Shown here piece after piece: positions 37,731 to 50,904 of a stretch of DNA of 64,000 bases. The first letter of the stretch is position 1; every line of letters begins with the position of its first letter. The translations under genes were made by a program, and so were the position numbers. The stretch comes from Lytechinus pictus (Eukaryota). The stretch spans positions 15,688,001 to 15,752,000 of the forward strand of contig NC_087250.1 of assembly GCF_037042905.1 (NCBI RefSeq), given 5' to 3'. The notes below the pieces were generated by a model, which was not told the origin of the DNA, made no database searches, and was given only the letters and a program-made list of their open reading frames with translations.

Positions 37731-38222
37731 ACATATTATGGAGATTCAATAACTAAATGTAGAATACTTAGAAATACCTACGTACCATCCTTAACAAGAT
37801 TCCCATAAAAAAACTGTTTTTTGCAAGTTGTGTATAGCTTTATTGCGCCACTTGTAACCTGGTGGGTAATTCACAAAGCTATTTGTATAAAGTTACAAGT
37901 GACTTTACTCACGACCGGTGATCCTTTCTTGTGCTAAATGAGATATCCCTCTGAAGCTGACTGAACAGCTGAGAATTTGTTCCAGTTGTGCGCAAAGTCA
38001 TGCGTAACTTTACAATCCGCTTTATGAAACATCCACCTGGGGGTGCTGCACATAAAGTGAAGCGTTATATAGGGTCCCAATTAAACATCATTGTGACACC
38101 ACTTATTCGTGTTAATCAAGAGCAATTTAAGGCCACCTTACGACTTAAAATGTTGAATGGCACATGATTTTTGGGTGTGCATGAACTGAATATTATATTT
38201 TGTTGTCACAAAATAGACTTAC

Positions 38223-38357
38223 TGGGCTTTTCGTGCTCTTCGCCGCACGTATCTTGACGGAGCGGAATACTGCATTCTTCCCATCGTACATGGGGATTTG
38301 TCGTATAGCACCATGCAAAGGGCTCACCATCAGGATTTCTACAGTAATTGTGATCTC
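38223..38357 (-). CDS. Exon 9: kringle 1, C-half
   Basis: [45 protein letters not shown]; phase 1-1, donor gtaagt; not in ORF track. Confidence 0.92.
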
Positions 38358-38359
38358 CT

Positions 38360-41300
38360 AAAAGATACGTATCAAAGGCAAATTATAGTGTTATTTCATC
38401 AGAATGTGACACCATTCAGATACAAATGACCCACGATAGAATGAGTGATCTAAAAGGTTTGCATCAATTAAAGGATTATCGTGTTATTTCATCAGAAATT
38501 AGACACAATTCAGATACAAATGACCCAAGATAGAATGAGTGATCTAAAAATTTTGTATTAATTAAAGGACGATTATCTTGTGATTTCATTAGAAATTTGA
38601 CACCATTCAGATATAAATGACCCAAGATAGAATGAGTGATCTAAAAGATTTGTATCAATTAAAGGAAGATCATCTTGTGATTTCATTAGAAATTTGACAC
38701 CATTCAGATATAAATGACCCAAGATAGAATGAGTGATCTAGAAGATATGTATCATTTAAAGGTAGATTATCTTGTGATTTCATCAGAAATTTGACACCAT
38801 TCAGATATAAATGTCCCAAGATAGAATGAGTGATCTAAAACATTTGTATTAATTAAATGCAGATTATCTTGTGATTTCATCAGAAATTCGACACCATTCA
38901 GTTATAAATGAACCAAGGTAGAATGGGTGATCTAAAAGATTTGTATTAATTAAAGGACGATTATCTTGTGATTTCATTAGAAATTTGACACCATTCAGAT
39001 ACAAATGACCCACGATAGAATGAGTGATCTAAAAAATTTGTATTAATTAAAGGACGATTATCTTGTGATTTCATTAGAAATTTGACACCATTCAGATATA
39101 AATGACCCAAGATAGAATGAGTGATCTAAAACATTTGTATCACTTAAAGGTAGATTATCTTATGATTTCATTAGAAATTTGACACCATTCAGATACAAAT
39201 GACCCACGATAGAATGAGTGATCTAAAAAATTTGTATTAATTAAAGGACGATTATCTTGTGATTTCATTAGAAATTTGACACCATTCAGATATAAATGAC
39301 CCAAGATAGAATGAGTGATCTAAAAGATTTGTATCAATTAAAGGAAGATCATTTTGTGATTTCATCAGAAATTTGACACCATTCAGATATAAATGACCCA
39401 CGATAGAATGAGTGATCTAAAAGATTTGTATCAATTAAAGGCAGATTATCTTGTGATTTCATCAAAAATTTGACACCATTCGGATATAAATGACCCAAGA
39501 TAGAATGAGTGATCTAAAAGATTTGTATCAATTAAAGGAAGATTATCTTGTGAGTTCATTAGAAATTTGACACCATTCAGATATAAATGTCCCAATATAG
39601 AATGAGTTATCTAAAAGATTTGTATCAATTAAAGGTAGATTATCTTGTGATTTCATTAGAAATTCGACACCATTCAGTTATAAATGAACCAAGGTAGAAT
39701 GGGTGATCTAAAAGATTTGTATCAATTAAAGGAAGATTATCTTGTGATTTCATTAGAAATTTGACACCATTCGGATATAAATGACCCAAGATAGAATGAG
39801 TGATTTAAAACATTTGTATTAATTAAAGGACGATTATCTTGTGATTTCATTAGAAATTTGACACCATTAAGATACAAATGACCCACGATAGAATGAGTGA
39901 TCTAAAAAATTTGTATTAATTAAAGGACGATTATCTTGTGATTTCATTAGAAATTTGACACCATTCAGATATAAATGACCCAAGATAGAATGAGTGATCT
40001 AAAACATTTGTATCACTTAAAGGTAGATTATCTTGTGATTTCATAAGAAATTTGACACCATTCAGATACAAATGACCCACGATAGAATGAGTGATCTAAA
40101 AAATTTGTATTAATTAAAGGACGATTATCTTGTGATTTCATTAGAAATTTGACACCATTCAGATATAAATGACCCAAGATAGAATGAGTGATCTAAAAGA
40201 TTTGTATCAATTAAAGGCAGATTATCTTGTGATTTCATTAGAAATTTGACACCATTCAAATATAAATGACCCAAGGTAGAATGGGTGATCTAAAATATTT
40301 GTATCAATTAAAGGAAGATTATCTTGTGATTTCATTAGAAATTTGACACCATTCGGATATAAATGACCCAAGATAGAATGAGTGATTTAAAACATTTGTA
40401 TCAATTAAAGGACGATTATCTTGTGATTTCATAAGAAATTTGACACCATTCAAATACAAATGACCCACGATAGAATGAGTGATCTAAGAAATTTGTATTA
40501 ATTAAAGGACGATTATCTTGTGATTTCATTAGAAATTTGACACCATTCAGATATAAATGACCCAAGATAGAATGAGTGATCTAAAAGATTTGTATCAATT
40601 AAAGGAAGATCATTTTGTGATTTCATCAGAAATTTGACACCATTCAGATATAAATGACCCACGATAGAATGAGTGATCTAAAAGATTTGTATCAATTAAA
40701 GGCAGATTATCTTGTGATTTCATTAGAAATTTGACACCATTCAAATATAAATGACCCAAGGTAGAATGAGTGATCTAAAAGATTTGTATCAATTAAAGGA
40801 AGATTATCTTGTGATTTCATTAGAAATTTGACACCATTCGGATATAAATGACCCAAGATAGAATGAGTGATCTAAAACATTTGTATCACTTAAAGGTAGA
40901 TTATCTTGTGATTTCATAAGAAATTTGACACCATTCAGATACAAATGACCCACGATAGAATGAGTGATCTAAAAAATTTGTATTAATTAAAGGACTATTA
41001 TCTTGTGATTTCATTAGAAATTTGACACCATTCAGATATAAATGACCCAAGATAGAATGAGTGATCTAAAAGATTTGTATCAATTAAAGGCAGATTATCT
41101 TGTGATTTCATTAGAAATTTGACACCATTCAAATATAAATGACCCAAGGTAGAATAGGTGATCTAAAATATTTGTATCAATTAAAGGAAGATTATCTTGT
41201 GATTTCATTAGAAATTTGACACCATTCGGATATAAATGACCCAAGATAGAATGAGTGATTTAAAACATTTGTATCAATTAAAGGACGATTATCTTGTGAT

Positions 41301-44210
41301 TTCATAAGAAATTTGACACCATTCAAATACAAATGACCCACGATAGAATGAGTGATCTAAGAAATTTGTATCAATTAAAGGAAGATTATCTTGTGATTTC
41401 ATTAGAAATTTGACACCATTCAGATACAAATGACCCAAGATAGAATGAGTGATCTAAAAGATTTGTATCAATTAAAGGAAGATCATTTTGTGATTTCATC
41501 AGAAATTTGACACCATTCAGATATAAATGACCCACGATAGAATGAGTGATCTAAAAGATTTGTATCAATTAAAGGCAGATTATCTTGTGATTTCATCAAA
41601 AATTTGACACCATTCGGATATAAATGACCCAAGATAGAATGAGTGATCTAAAAGATTTGTATCAATTAAAGGAAGATTATCTTGTGAGTTCATTAGAAAT
41701 TTGACACCATTCAGATATAAATGTCCCAATATAGAATGAGTTATCTAAAAGATTTGTATCAATTAAAGGTAGATTATCTTGTGATTTCATTAGAAATTCG
41801 ACACCATTCAGTTATAAATGAACCAAGGTAGAATGGGTGATCTAAAAGATTTGTATCAATTAAAGGAAGATTATCTTGTGATTTCATTAGAAATTTGACA
41901 CCATTCGGATATAAATGACCCAAGATAGAATGAGTGATTTAAAACATTTGTATTAATTAAAGGACGATTATCTTGTGATTTCATTAGAAATTTGACACCA
42001 TTAAGATACAAATGACCCACGATAGAATGAGTGATCTAAAAAATTTGTATTAATTAAAGGACGATTATCTTGTGATTTCATTAGAAATTTGACACCATTC
42101 AGATATAAATGACCCAAGATAGAATGAGTGATCTAAAACATTTGTATCACTTAAAGGTAGATTATCTTGTGATTTCATAAGAAATTTGACACCATTCAGA
42201 TACAAATGACCCACGATAGAATGAGTGATCTAAAAAATTTGTATTAATTAAAGGACGATTATCTTGTGATTTCATTAGAAATTTGACACCATTCAGATAC
42301 AAATGACCCACGATAGAATGAGTGATCTAAAAAATTTGTATTAATTAAAGGACGATTATCTTGTGATTTCATTAGAAATTTGACACCATTCAGATATAAA
42401 TGACCCAAGATAGAATGAGTGATCTAAAACATTTGTATCACTTAAAGGTAGATTATCTTGTGATTTCATAAGAAATTTGACACCATTCAGATACAAATGA
42501 CCCACGATAGAATGAGTGATCTAAAAAATTTGTATTAATTAAAGGACGATTATCTTGTGATTTCATTAGAAATTTGACACCATTCAGATATAAATGACCC
42601 AAGATAGAATGAGTGATCTAAAAGATTTGTATCAATTAAAGGCAGATTATCTTGTGATTTCATTAGAAATTTGACACCATTCAAATATAAATGACCCAAG
42701 GTAGAATGGGTGATCTAAAATATTTGTATCAATTAAAGGAAGATTATCTTGTGATTTCATTAGAAATTTGACACCATTCGGATATAAATGACCCAAGATA
42801 GAATGAGTGATTTAAAACATTTGTATCAATTAAAGGACGATTATCTTGTGATTTCATAAGAAATTTGACACCATTCAAATACAAATGACCCACGATAGAA
42901 TGAGTGATCTAAGAAATTTGTATTAATTAAAGGACGATTATCTTGTGATTTCATTAGAAATTTGACACCATTCAGATATAAATGACCCAAGATAGAATGA
43001 GTGATCTAAAAGATTTGTATCAATTAAAGGAAGATCATTTTGTGATTTCATCAGAAATTTGACACCATTCAGATATAAATGACCCACGATAGAATGAGTG
43101 ATCTAAAAGATTTGTATCAATTAAAGGCAGATTATCTTGTGATTTCATTAGAAATTTGACACCATTCAAATATAAATGACCCAAGGTAGAATGAGTGATC
43201 TAAAAGATTTGTATCAATTAAAGGAAGATTATCTTGTGATTTCATTAGAAATTTGACACCATTCGGATATAAATGACCCAAGATAGAATGAGTGATCTAA
43301 AACATTTGTATCACTTAAAGGTAGATTATCTTGTGATTTCATAAGAAATTTGACACCATTCAGATACAAATGACCCACGATAGAATGAGTGATCTAAAAA
43401 ATTTGTATTAATTAAAGGACTATTATCTTGTGATTTCATTAGAAATTTGACACCATTCAGATATAAATGACCCAAGATAGAATGAGTGATCTAAAAGATT
43501 TGTATCAATTAAAGGCAGATTATCTTGTGATTTCATTAGAAATTTGACACCATTCAAATATAAATGACCCAAGGTAGAATAGGTGATCTAAAATATTTGT
43601 ATCAATTAAAGGAAGATTATCTTGTGATTTCATTAGAAATTTGACACCATTCGGATATAAATGACCCAAGATAGAATGAGTGATTTAAAACATTTGTATC
43701 AATTAAAGGACGATTATCTTGTGATTTCATTAGAAATTTGACACCATTCAGATACAAATGACCCAAGATAGAATGAGTGATCTAAAAGATTTGTATCAAT
43801 TAAAGGAAGATCATTTTGTGATTTCATCAGAAATTTGACACCATTCAGATATAAATGACCCACGATAGAATGAGTGATCTAAAAGATTTGTATCAATTAA
43901 AGGCAGATTATCTTGTGATTTCATTAGAAATTTGACACCATTCAAATATAAATGACCCAAGGTAGAATGAGTGATCTAAAAGATTTGTATCAATTAAAGG
44001 AAGATTATCTTGTGATTTCATTAGAAATTTGACACCATTCGGATATAAATGACCCAAGATAGAATGAGTAATTTAAAACATTTGTATCAATTAAAGGTAG
44101 ATTATCTTGTGATTTCATTAGAAATTTGACACCATTCAGATATAAATGACCCAAGGTAGAATGAGTGATCTAAAAGATTTGTATTAATTAAAGGCAGATT
44201 ATCGTGTGAT
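38360..44210. repeat. 97-bp satellite, about 60 copies, with higher-order structure
   Basis: CCATTCAG at 38603, 38700, 38797 and onward; rare variants recur at 2134 (22x97) and 2425 (25x97) spacing. Confidence 0.97.
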
Positions 44211-44621
44211 TTGATAAGTAGACAATTCAAGGTTTGAAGTTGGGGGTTCAAGCATGATATGTAACCACTGAGCCATTTCAGTGAAAACTACCAAGCAAAC
44301 CAGGGGGGGGGGGGGGAAATGGTGTAAAAAAAATATGTATCTTGTCTCTTTTTCAACGGTACAAAATTTGGTATGAATAAGTATGATCAAAAGAGATAAA
44401 GAGACTTGCCCGTGAGAGACAGCTCGCTGAGCGATACGCCCAAGAGTTTAGTTAAATATCCAGTTTTCTGAAATAATGAAGTCAGAATATTGGCATAGCG
44501 AAAATATATCGAAGTCTGAAGTCACGCATCATCAAAGTTAAAATGCCTTTAATCACATGATGCTATTTGAACCAATGACTATTCAGGATTTAATCTATGT
44601 AGGATATAAATGCAACTGGCA

Positions 44622-45634
44622 CAGAGATGCCAACTTTTGGAAATCAGAATTAGGGAGGATTTGCAACCGACACCGACACCGAGCGGAGCGCTCGACCCTT
44701 GCGGCCGGGGTCGAGGGCCCGCCTTAGGGCCCTGGAAGCTCTGGGTTTCTAGATGCTCTCTGGTGCAATCTGACCCTTATTTTGGAGCATTTCACATGTT
44801 TTAAAAAAAACATTGTTCCCACTTTTTGGACATAAAAATAAAAATATCAAATATGCATTTTTACATGTAAAAAAAATGAGGGGACAATAGAAGAAAAGTA
44901 CCTGTTCAACTATAATAATGAGGAATTATCCTCTTTATTATTATTAAAGCGCGGGTAACGTCTTCCTCCTCGCTGGTCCCTTGCTTGGTGAAATAAGTCA
45001 ACAGGGTACTAGTGGAGCTCGAAGATCTCGTCTTCGCAATGTCCGTATGCCGTTTGCTCCCTACGTACTTCCGAATATCATCACGACCTCCGTGCTCAAC
45101 TTTAATGTCCACGCTGCAAATTGTGCAAAATGTATGGTAGATTCCTCTTTCCGACTTCCGAATACACGGGTACTGGAGACTGTATTCAGTCTTATACTTC
45201 TGAGACCATTTCTTGGTCTTTTTTTGTTGATTTTCCGCCATTTCGTGTCAATATCAACCCATCAATACGCCGAAATCACACACCGATATTCCATCGCACG
45301 ACTCGACAAATCCAGCGGCCGCGAGCGCACACGCCTCGCAAAGCTAGCCGGGCCTACCGGCCTGGTGCACAGTGGATTCCCGTTGGGCATATCACATGCA
45401 CCAGCTTTTCGCTGCTCCTTATTTGCCTGCCTTTCACACAGAATTTAGTAGCAGCGAAACGTAATGGAGTCACTACATGCTAAAGTCAGCAGACGATACA
45501 TGTACTTCCAATCCAATTTGATCAATGCAAAAAAAATCGTAATTTCGGGAGGATAAGGATGGTAATCGTAAGGGCGGGAGTTGGGATGAATTTTCGGGAG
45601 CCTCCCGATGAAATCGGGAGGGTTGGCATCTCTG
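44622..45634 (-). mobile_element. Internally deleted hAT-like transposon with 6-bp TSD
   Basis: CTGGCA|CAGAGATGCCAAC...GTTGGCATCTCTG|CTGGCA. Confidence 0.88.
44950..45241 (-). pseudogene. Truncated hAT transposase N-terminus (zinc-finger region)
   Basis: MAEN...YPCIRKS...FCTICSVDIKVEHGGRDDIRKYVGSKRH resembles the N-terminal BED/TTF-like finger of hAT transposases; no catalytic domain follows. Confidence 0.75.
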
Positions 45635-45750
45635 CTGGCATATCTCTGACAACTCCCATTATGTGTATTACTATTCCCTCTGAGGGAGGGCGCTGTGAGA
45701 TTACGACGTCACATGCATTAGGTCTATTGTACAATTGAGTGAAGTCTTAC

Positions 45751-45900
45751 CAACACCCCTCATTGGGTACCTGGCCGCTGTACGGAAGTGGTCATGAGGT
45801 TCAAAGGAGGTCCACTTCTGACAGGTGCGGCCTGAGATAGTCTGATTCACAGACCCTCTATAATCAGACATATCGGTAGAGCTATAGCATTCTCTTGAAT
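45751..45900 (-). CDS. Exon 8: kringle 1, N-half
   Basis: DSRECYSSTDMSDYRGSVNQTISGRTCQKWTSFEPHDH...; phase 1-1, donor gtaaga. Confidence 0.92.
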
Positions 45901-47523
45901 CTGTTGATTGGTGCAGAGAAAGATAGAACCAATTATCGTACACTCTTAAAAAAAATTTAAAGAAGATTACACAATGAGCAGTTTGCCGTATTGTAGCCAT
46001 TTTGAAGCCTTTTATCTCCCTTTTTAATGCTGGTTTGAAATGAACCGTTATGTAATCCTTTTGAAAATAAGGCTAGAAAATAAGGCTATTGTGTTCATTC
46101 AGTTTCCCCCATAGGCTTTTCTAGTACACGAAACGTCTACAAAACAGCAACGAAATGAGTTTGCAAAGCTTTGATCACTGCGTTATAACATATATTCTAT
46201 GAGATTTACGGAACTCTCTACCAGAGACTATAAAAAGATGCTCGTCTCTTTCTCAAGGCCAAATGTTAAATCCATGTAATTATCAGAATATTTGAAATAA
46301 ATCTTCTGTGTCAATGTTTTAGTTTATCATAAAGTCATTCTTCCTTTGATTTAATCACCACCTTCATCTTCACCATTATCCCCAACATCATTTCAATAAT
46401 TTGCACCGGTGTGTTCGCCCAGTTGGTAGAGCGTCCGTCTCACAACCGGGAGGTCGGGGGCTCTGGCGCTGCACACCGGCTGCCGGGCCCACGATCAATT
46501 GGGCAAAGCAAATTTTCGGAGTATTTCATTTCATGTCTATTACGAACAATAAAAATATGGATTTTCATCATCCATATCATCTCCATCTTCAATATTCAAA
46601 TTATGAACAGATATTGCCATTCTGCCGTATAAAAAAGCAACAAATATTGATTTATTGAATTTTAATCTAGGATTATCATTTTTCTTTCAAGCACTCTGCA
46701 TGCCTTTGATAACAATCCTTCTCCTGCATATTGTTATTATTTTAATAATTTGATATTTTCAATCCATTTTTTCCCCCTCTATGATTCATGCAAAAACAAT
46801 AACCAATATACTATGTTTCGTATGTTATGGAAAAATGTATCGTATGAATTATATGAATGTAGAAGAAAACAATAAATCGAATCAAATCAAATATGAACCA
46901 ACTGTTGGTTATTAAAAAGAAACTTGCATGCAAAATGAATGGGGATTTTTTGTAACAGTTGGTAGGTTCGTGTGTTAACCAACCTAAAACATGTTAGAGA
47001 GTGTACTAGAAAAAAAGAGAAGATGAACTTGATATACTGATTAAAAATATATACAGCCAGGTAAAGTCGAATTAGAACTATATAAAGTTCCCCCCTGCGC
47101 CATCCGAGAACAATTTTTTACCATATTACATGACTGTGGTATGCATTTTACATTGCCAGTATCAATGGAGAAAAAAAAGAGTATGATAATGGCACTATAT
47201 TCAACTCTGTGAGGCCATTATCCAACACAAATGTATGAAATGGACAATGCGTGCAATAAGCCATGCAATGATATTATAGGACACCAAAAAGCGCTACAGT
47301 GTCATGTTAATTTGCATTTCAGTGATCAAAATAATGTTTATGTCTCTTTCTTTTAATTAAATGCATTGATGTTATCATACATAGTAATATATAAAAAATT
47401 TGAATATTTTTGTGGTATATGATATTTATTGCATTCCTCAACATAGATACATGTATATAATTATTACACAAACAAACCACTTTTTCAATACAATAAAACT
47501 TTGTATTAATTACCCTTCAAGGC

Positions 47524-47800
47524 TTGCAAGCTGCAATTGACAGAGCACACCAATATAAAACAGAAAAGTACACTGCCTTGATTACCGACATTGAGAATAA
47601 TGGCTACCGAGTAGATTTCCTAGCCATTGAAATTGGTTCAAGGGGCTTTCTTTCCAAAGAAAACACCCAACGAATCAAATCTTTCTTTCTTTTCTTGAGG
47701 CCAGACGTACAAAATATTCTTCGATTAGAGATAATTTGAGTAAAATGGCGGTTGTTTATCTTTCTCAATATATTGTGCAAAGGACAAATCCATCTGGGGC
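47524..47800 (+). mobile_element. Fragment of an RLE-type non-LTR retrotransposon (C-terminal endonuclease)
   Basis: RAHQYKTEKYTALITDIENNGYRVDFLAIEIGSRG has the KxxKY...ExGxRG motif of restriction-like endonuclease LINEs. Confidence 0.7.
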
Positions 47801-48692
47801 AACTACAATCTTTTGGAGCGATAACTCATATTGTTCATTATTTCCAATCTCTCTCTCCCTCTCCCATCTCTCTCTCTGTTCTCCCCCTCTCTTCTCTCCT
47901 CATTCCATCTCCATTCCATTCCTCCTTTCCTTTCTATTGCTTTCCCTTTCTTCTTTGTAAGTCTATAATGTACATGTTGAAATTTACTTTAGATATTATG
48001 TTGACAGTGATGACATGGTATACAGTTTGTTTATTATCCATAATTTTGTTATCTTAATAGTAGGCCTATCAGATTAAGTATTGTGGTCCGGAAGTACTCC
48101 TGATATTTGTTTATGCTTATACGTAAACTAAGTATAAATATATATGTGTGTGTATGTATATTTCTTTTTTCTCTTTTTCTAATATTTACCATAACTTTTG
48201 GCTGTTATCATTTCACATACTCATTTTTTAAAGATATCTTATATGTATAAGTTATGTACCTGTTACTTACATCGAAATTGTACATTAAGTTTTATTCTAC
48301 TGCCCTGCATCGACAGTAATGCGCCATGACCTATTTTGTCTTTGTATTTACTTTGTAAATTTCTTTCCTTTATTGTGACTTCAATAAAGTGATATCAAAT
48401 TAAAATATACATGACAAGAAAGCCCATCATACACGACAAGTTTACTTCACAAAATTTCCTTTCTAAATGTTCAGATAAAAGTTATAGCTGTTAAAATAAC
48501 AGAGAGTATTATACCACATAGAAGAGTTCACTGCTAAAATAATGCAACATACAGAGGGTTGACGGATCAACGCACGAAGAGTTAACTCCATGAGGCCATT
48601 ATCCCAACTCAAATGCACGAAATAGACAGGGCATGCAATAATCAATGCAATGCAACAAGTAGTGATACTATATAACAGCTACAATGTACATG

Positions 48693-49933
48693 CAGACCTC
48701 CCAACATTTTTTTAAAAAAATTCTAAAATAATTGCAACTGTACGAGGAGGCATAGCGTCAGAGCGGTAAGGCCATTTTTTTTTTCAATTTTGGCCCCCAA
48801 ATGGTTCAATCTGGTGCATACACTTGCATAATATATATGCGTTTGTTATACAAGCAGGTTTCTCATGTATATCCTTACCTTGAACTAGTAAACAAAACAA
48901 AATTTAAAAAAGGTGAAAAGAGTAGAGCATGTATTAGAAAAAATTAATGAGAGAATTAATTGGAAAGACACTTTGTAAATCTTAACACTTGTCTTCATAC
49001 CAATCTTAGTTTGAACTAGAAATACTTGCACCAGCAACTGTTTGAAGATCCCTATAGGTTGCACTCTTGCACTGCTGTAACAGAGTAACTGGTAGACCAA
49101 AAGCTTCAGTCTCTGTATTTTGGTTGTTTCGCTGAACTGCGTTGGCTCACTCACCAATACATAGACTGAAGAGCTTGGAGGTATGTACAGACAACGTATA
49201 AGCAGTAACGTTAGATCTAACATTCGGCGGAAACCCGATTTTCCGATCGTTTTTTTGTACATAAAATTTTACATTATGAAAAAGAAATTACATCCATATT
49301 TACGAAAAAAATGTATAAAATTCAGAAATATTGTACCTTAGACCGCAGTTACCACTAATTCCTTTCAAATGATGATCGAAACATCGTCATCTTTGATCCT
49401 TTCGTTGGTCAACGTAAGTTGCCATCTTGGATGACGTCATCATCCTTACCAGTCGCTATATATCGCATTTTGTGCCGCTGCTTTGCGCTTGTAATCTACG
49501 TGCGTGCGTTCGGAACTTGTCACTCGCATTGATTCGCCAGGATATCGAAAATTCCAATCGGAAAGCCTTGATAAAAGCTCGAAGCGGTACAATGCAACAA
49601 CATGAGATACAAAAGCGCAGCGTGCTGCACTGCTGGTTCAGCGCGGCGCTCTTGCTACACGCTAGAAATTCATTATTCTCCATCACTGAACTATATCACT
49701 ACGGTACGTAGTATTATAGTTCATTGTTCGCCATACGGCGTGCGCGTGCATACGTGCTATACAATCGTAACCTGCTGAATGAATATGTCTACTGCCCTCT
49801 TTCGATAAAGGCATGTACATGTACATTGCTCAAAATTCCTATTTTGCGGAAAATAATGGACAATTAGCAGAAAATAAAAAAATAATAAAAAAGCTGAAAT
49901 TTTCCGCCAAAAGCGGAAATGTTGGGAGGTCTG
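48693..49933. mobile_element. Non-autonomous hAT-like element with 6-bp TSD
   Basis: TACATG|CAGACCTCCCAACATTT...AAATGTTGGGAGGTCTG|TACATG. Confidence 0.85.
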
Positions 49934-50487
49934 TACATGGAAGTTGCATTTCAATTCTCAAAATAAAATGGAGCCATAATAATTTGTGATACTGATTTGT
50001 GCAATCACTTTTTTTAATTTTTTTTAGTAATAATAATTATATTGGGTGGCTTTATATCACGGAATTACCAGCGATGAGCCATTCGTTAGGGGCAATATTA
50101 CATTCATCTGCGAGTCATGTAATATTGACCCAACAGCTCTTGAAGTATCTTTAGTATCCCATTCTGAGTAATATAATACAAATATGACCAGCCAACACAG
50201 AACCAACAATAAGTCGCCAGGGAAGGTTCTCCATATGGCAAAAATAGTCATTTGGTCTTCAAAATGTCAAAATTTGAAATTGCAAAGTTGAATAAAAGAC
50301 AACATACAAGTTTCTTTGATATCCTATTTTGCATACTGTCCAGAAGTTTCGAGACTGTACCCATCTCATGCTTGAGTGAACCCGAGCTTCAAGTGATGTT
50401 TTCTCCTTGATAATTCTTTGAAGCAATCACTGACTTTTTCTGCATTGAATTAAATACTTGTGAGAGTTATTGCTGATCAATTTCGAA

Positions 50488-50722
50488 AAGTTATATAACA
50501 TTTTAAAGCTTAGGATGTGCCCTTTCAAGATCATTGAATATCTCAGAATTCATTTTGGGCGACTTAATGTTGGGTTTTTTTTTTTGGGGGGGGGGCAGTT
50601 CACAAGTTATATAACATTTTAAAGCTTAGGATGTGCCCTTTCAAGATCATTGAATATCTCAGAATTCATTTTGGGCGACTTAATGTTGGGGGGGTTTTTT
50701 TTTGGGGGGGGGGCAGTTCACA
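50488..50722. repeat. About 116-bp tandem duplication next to the exon 7 donor
   Basis: AAGTTATATAACATTTTAAAGC... at 50488 and 50604; copies differ only in homopolymer runs. Confidence 0.9.
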
Positions 50723-50735
50723 AATGCTTTGTTAC

Positions 50736-50904
50736 CTCTTGGAAAGCGCTTCCTTCCCGGTCTGATATCTCGTCCAATCAACTCAAATCTGATCACTGAA
50801 TGACTTTGTAGGGCCATCACGACAATTCTCACATATCGAGTAAGTACCGGTCTGTAGAAATAGTTTGTGACAACTGTATTCTGGTCGAAGTTACCAAGGA
50901 ATTC
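50736..50904 (-). CDS. Exon 7: discoidin domain 2, C-part plus basic linker
   Basis: EFLGNFDQNTVVTNYFYRPVLTRYVRIVVMALQSHSVIRFELIGRDIRPGRKRFPR; phase 0-1; not in ORF track. Confidence 0.88.

Noticed and set aside
35730..38357. Apparent extra cysteine after each kringle
   Set aside because: Counting gives the normal six Cys per kringle; only the last spacer is longer.
38360..44210. Regular arrays (also 15941-16410 and 28262-30335) as possible CRISPR
   Set aside because: The units repeat in full with no unique spacers, there are no cas genes, and the context is a eukaryotic intron.
44981..45483. Plus-strand ORFs of 155 and 120 aa
   Set aside because: They are antisense to the transposase fragment inside the hAT-like element and have no recognisable motifs.
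50488..50722. 116-bp duplication as a biologically meaningful junction repeat
   Set aside because: It does not include the splice site, and the copies differ only in homopolymers, so an assembly artefact cannot be excluded.
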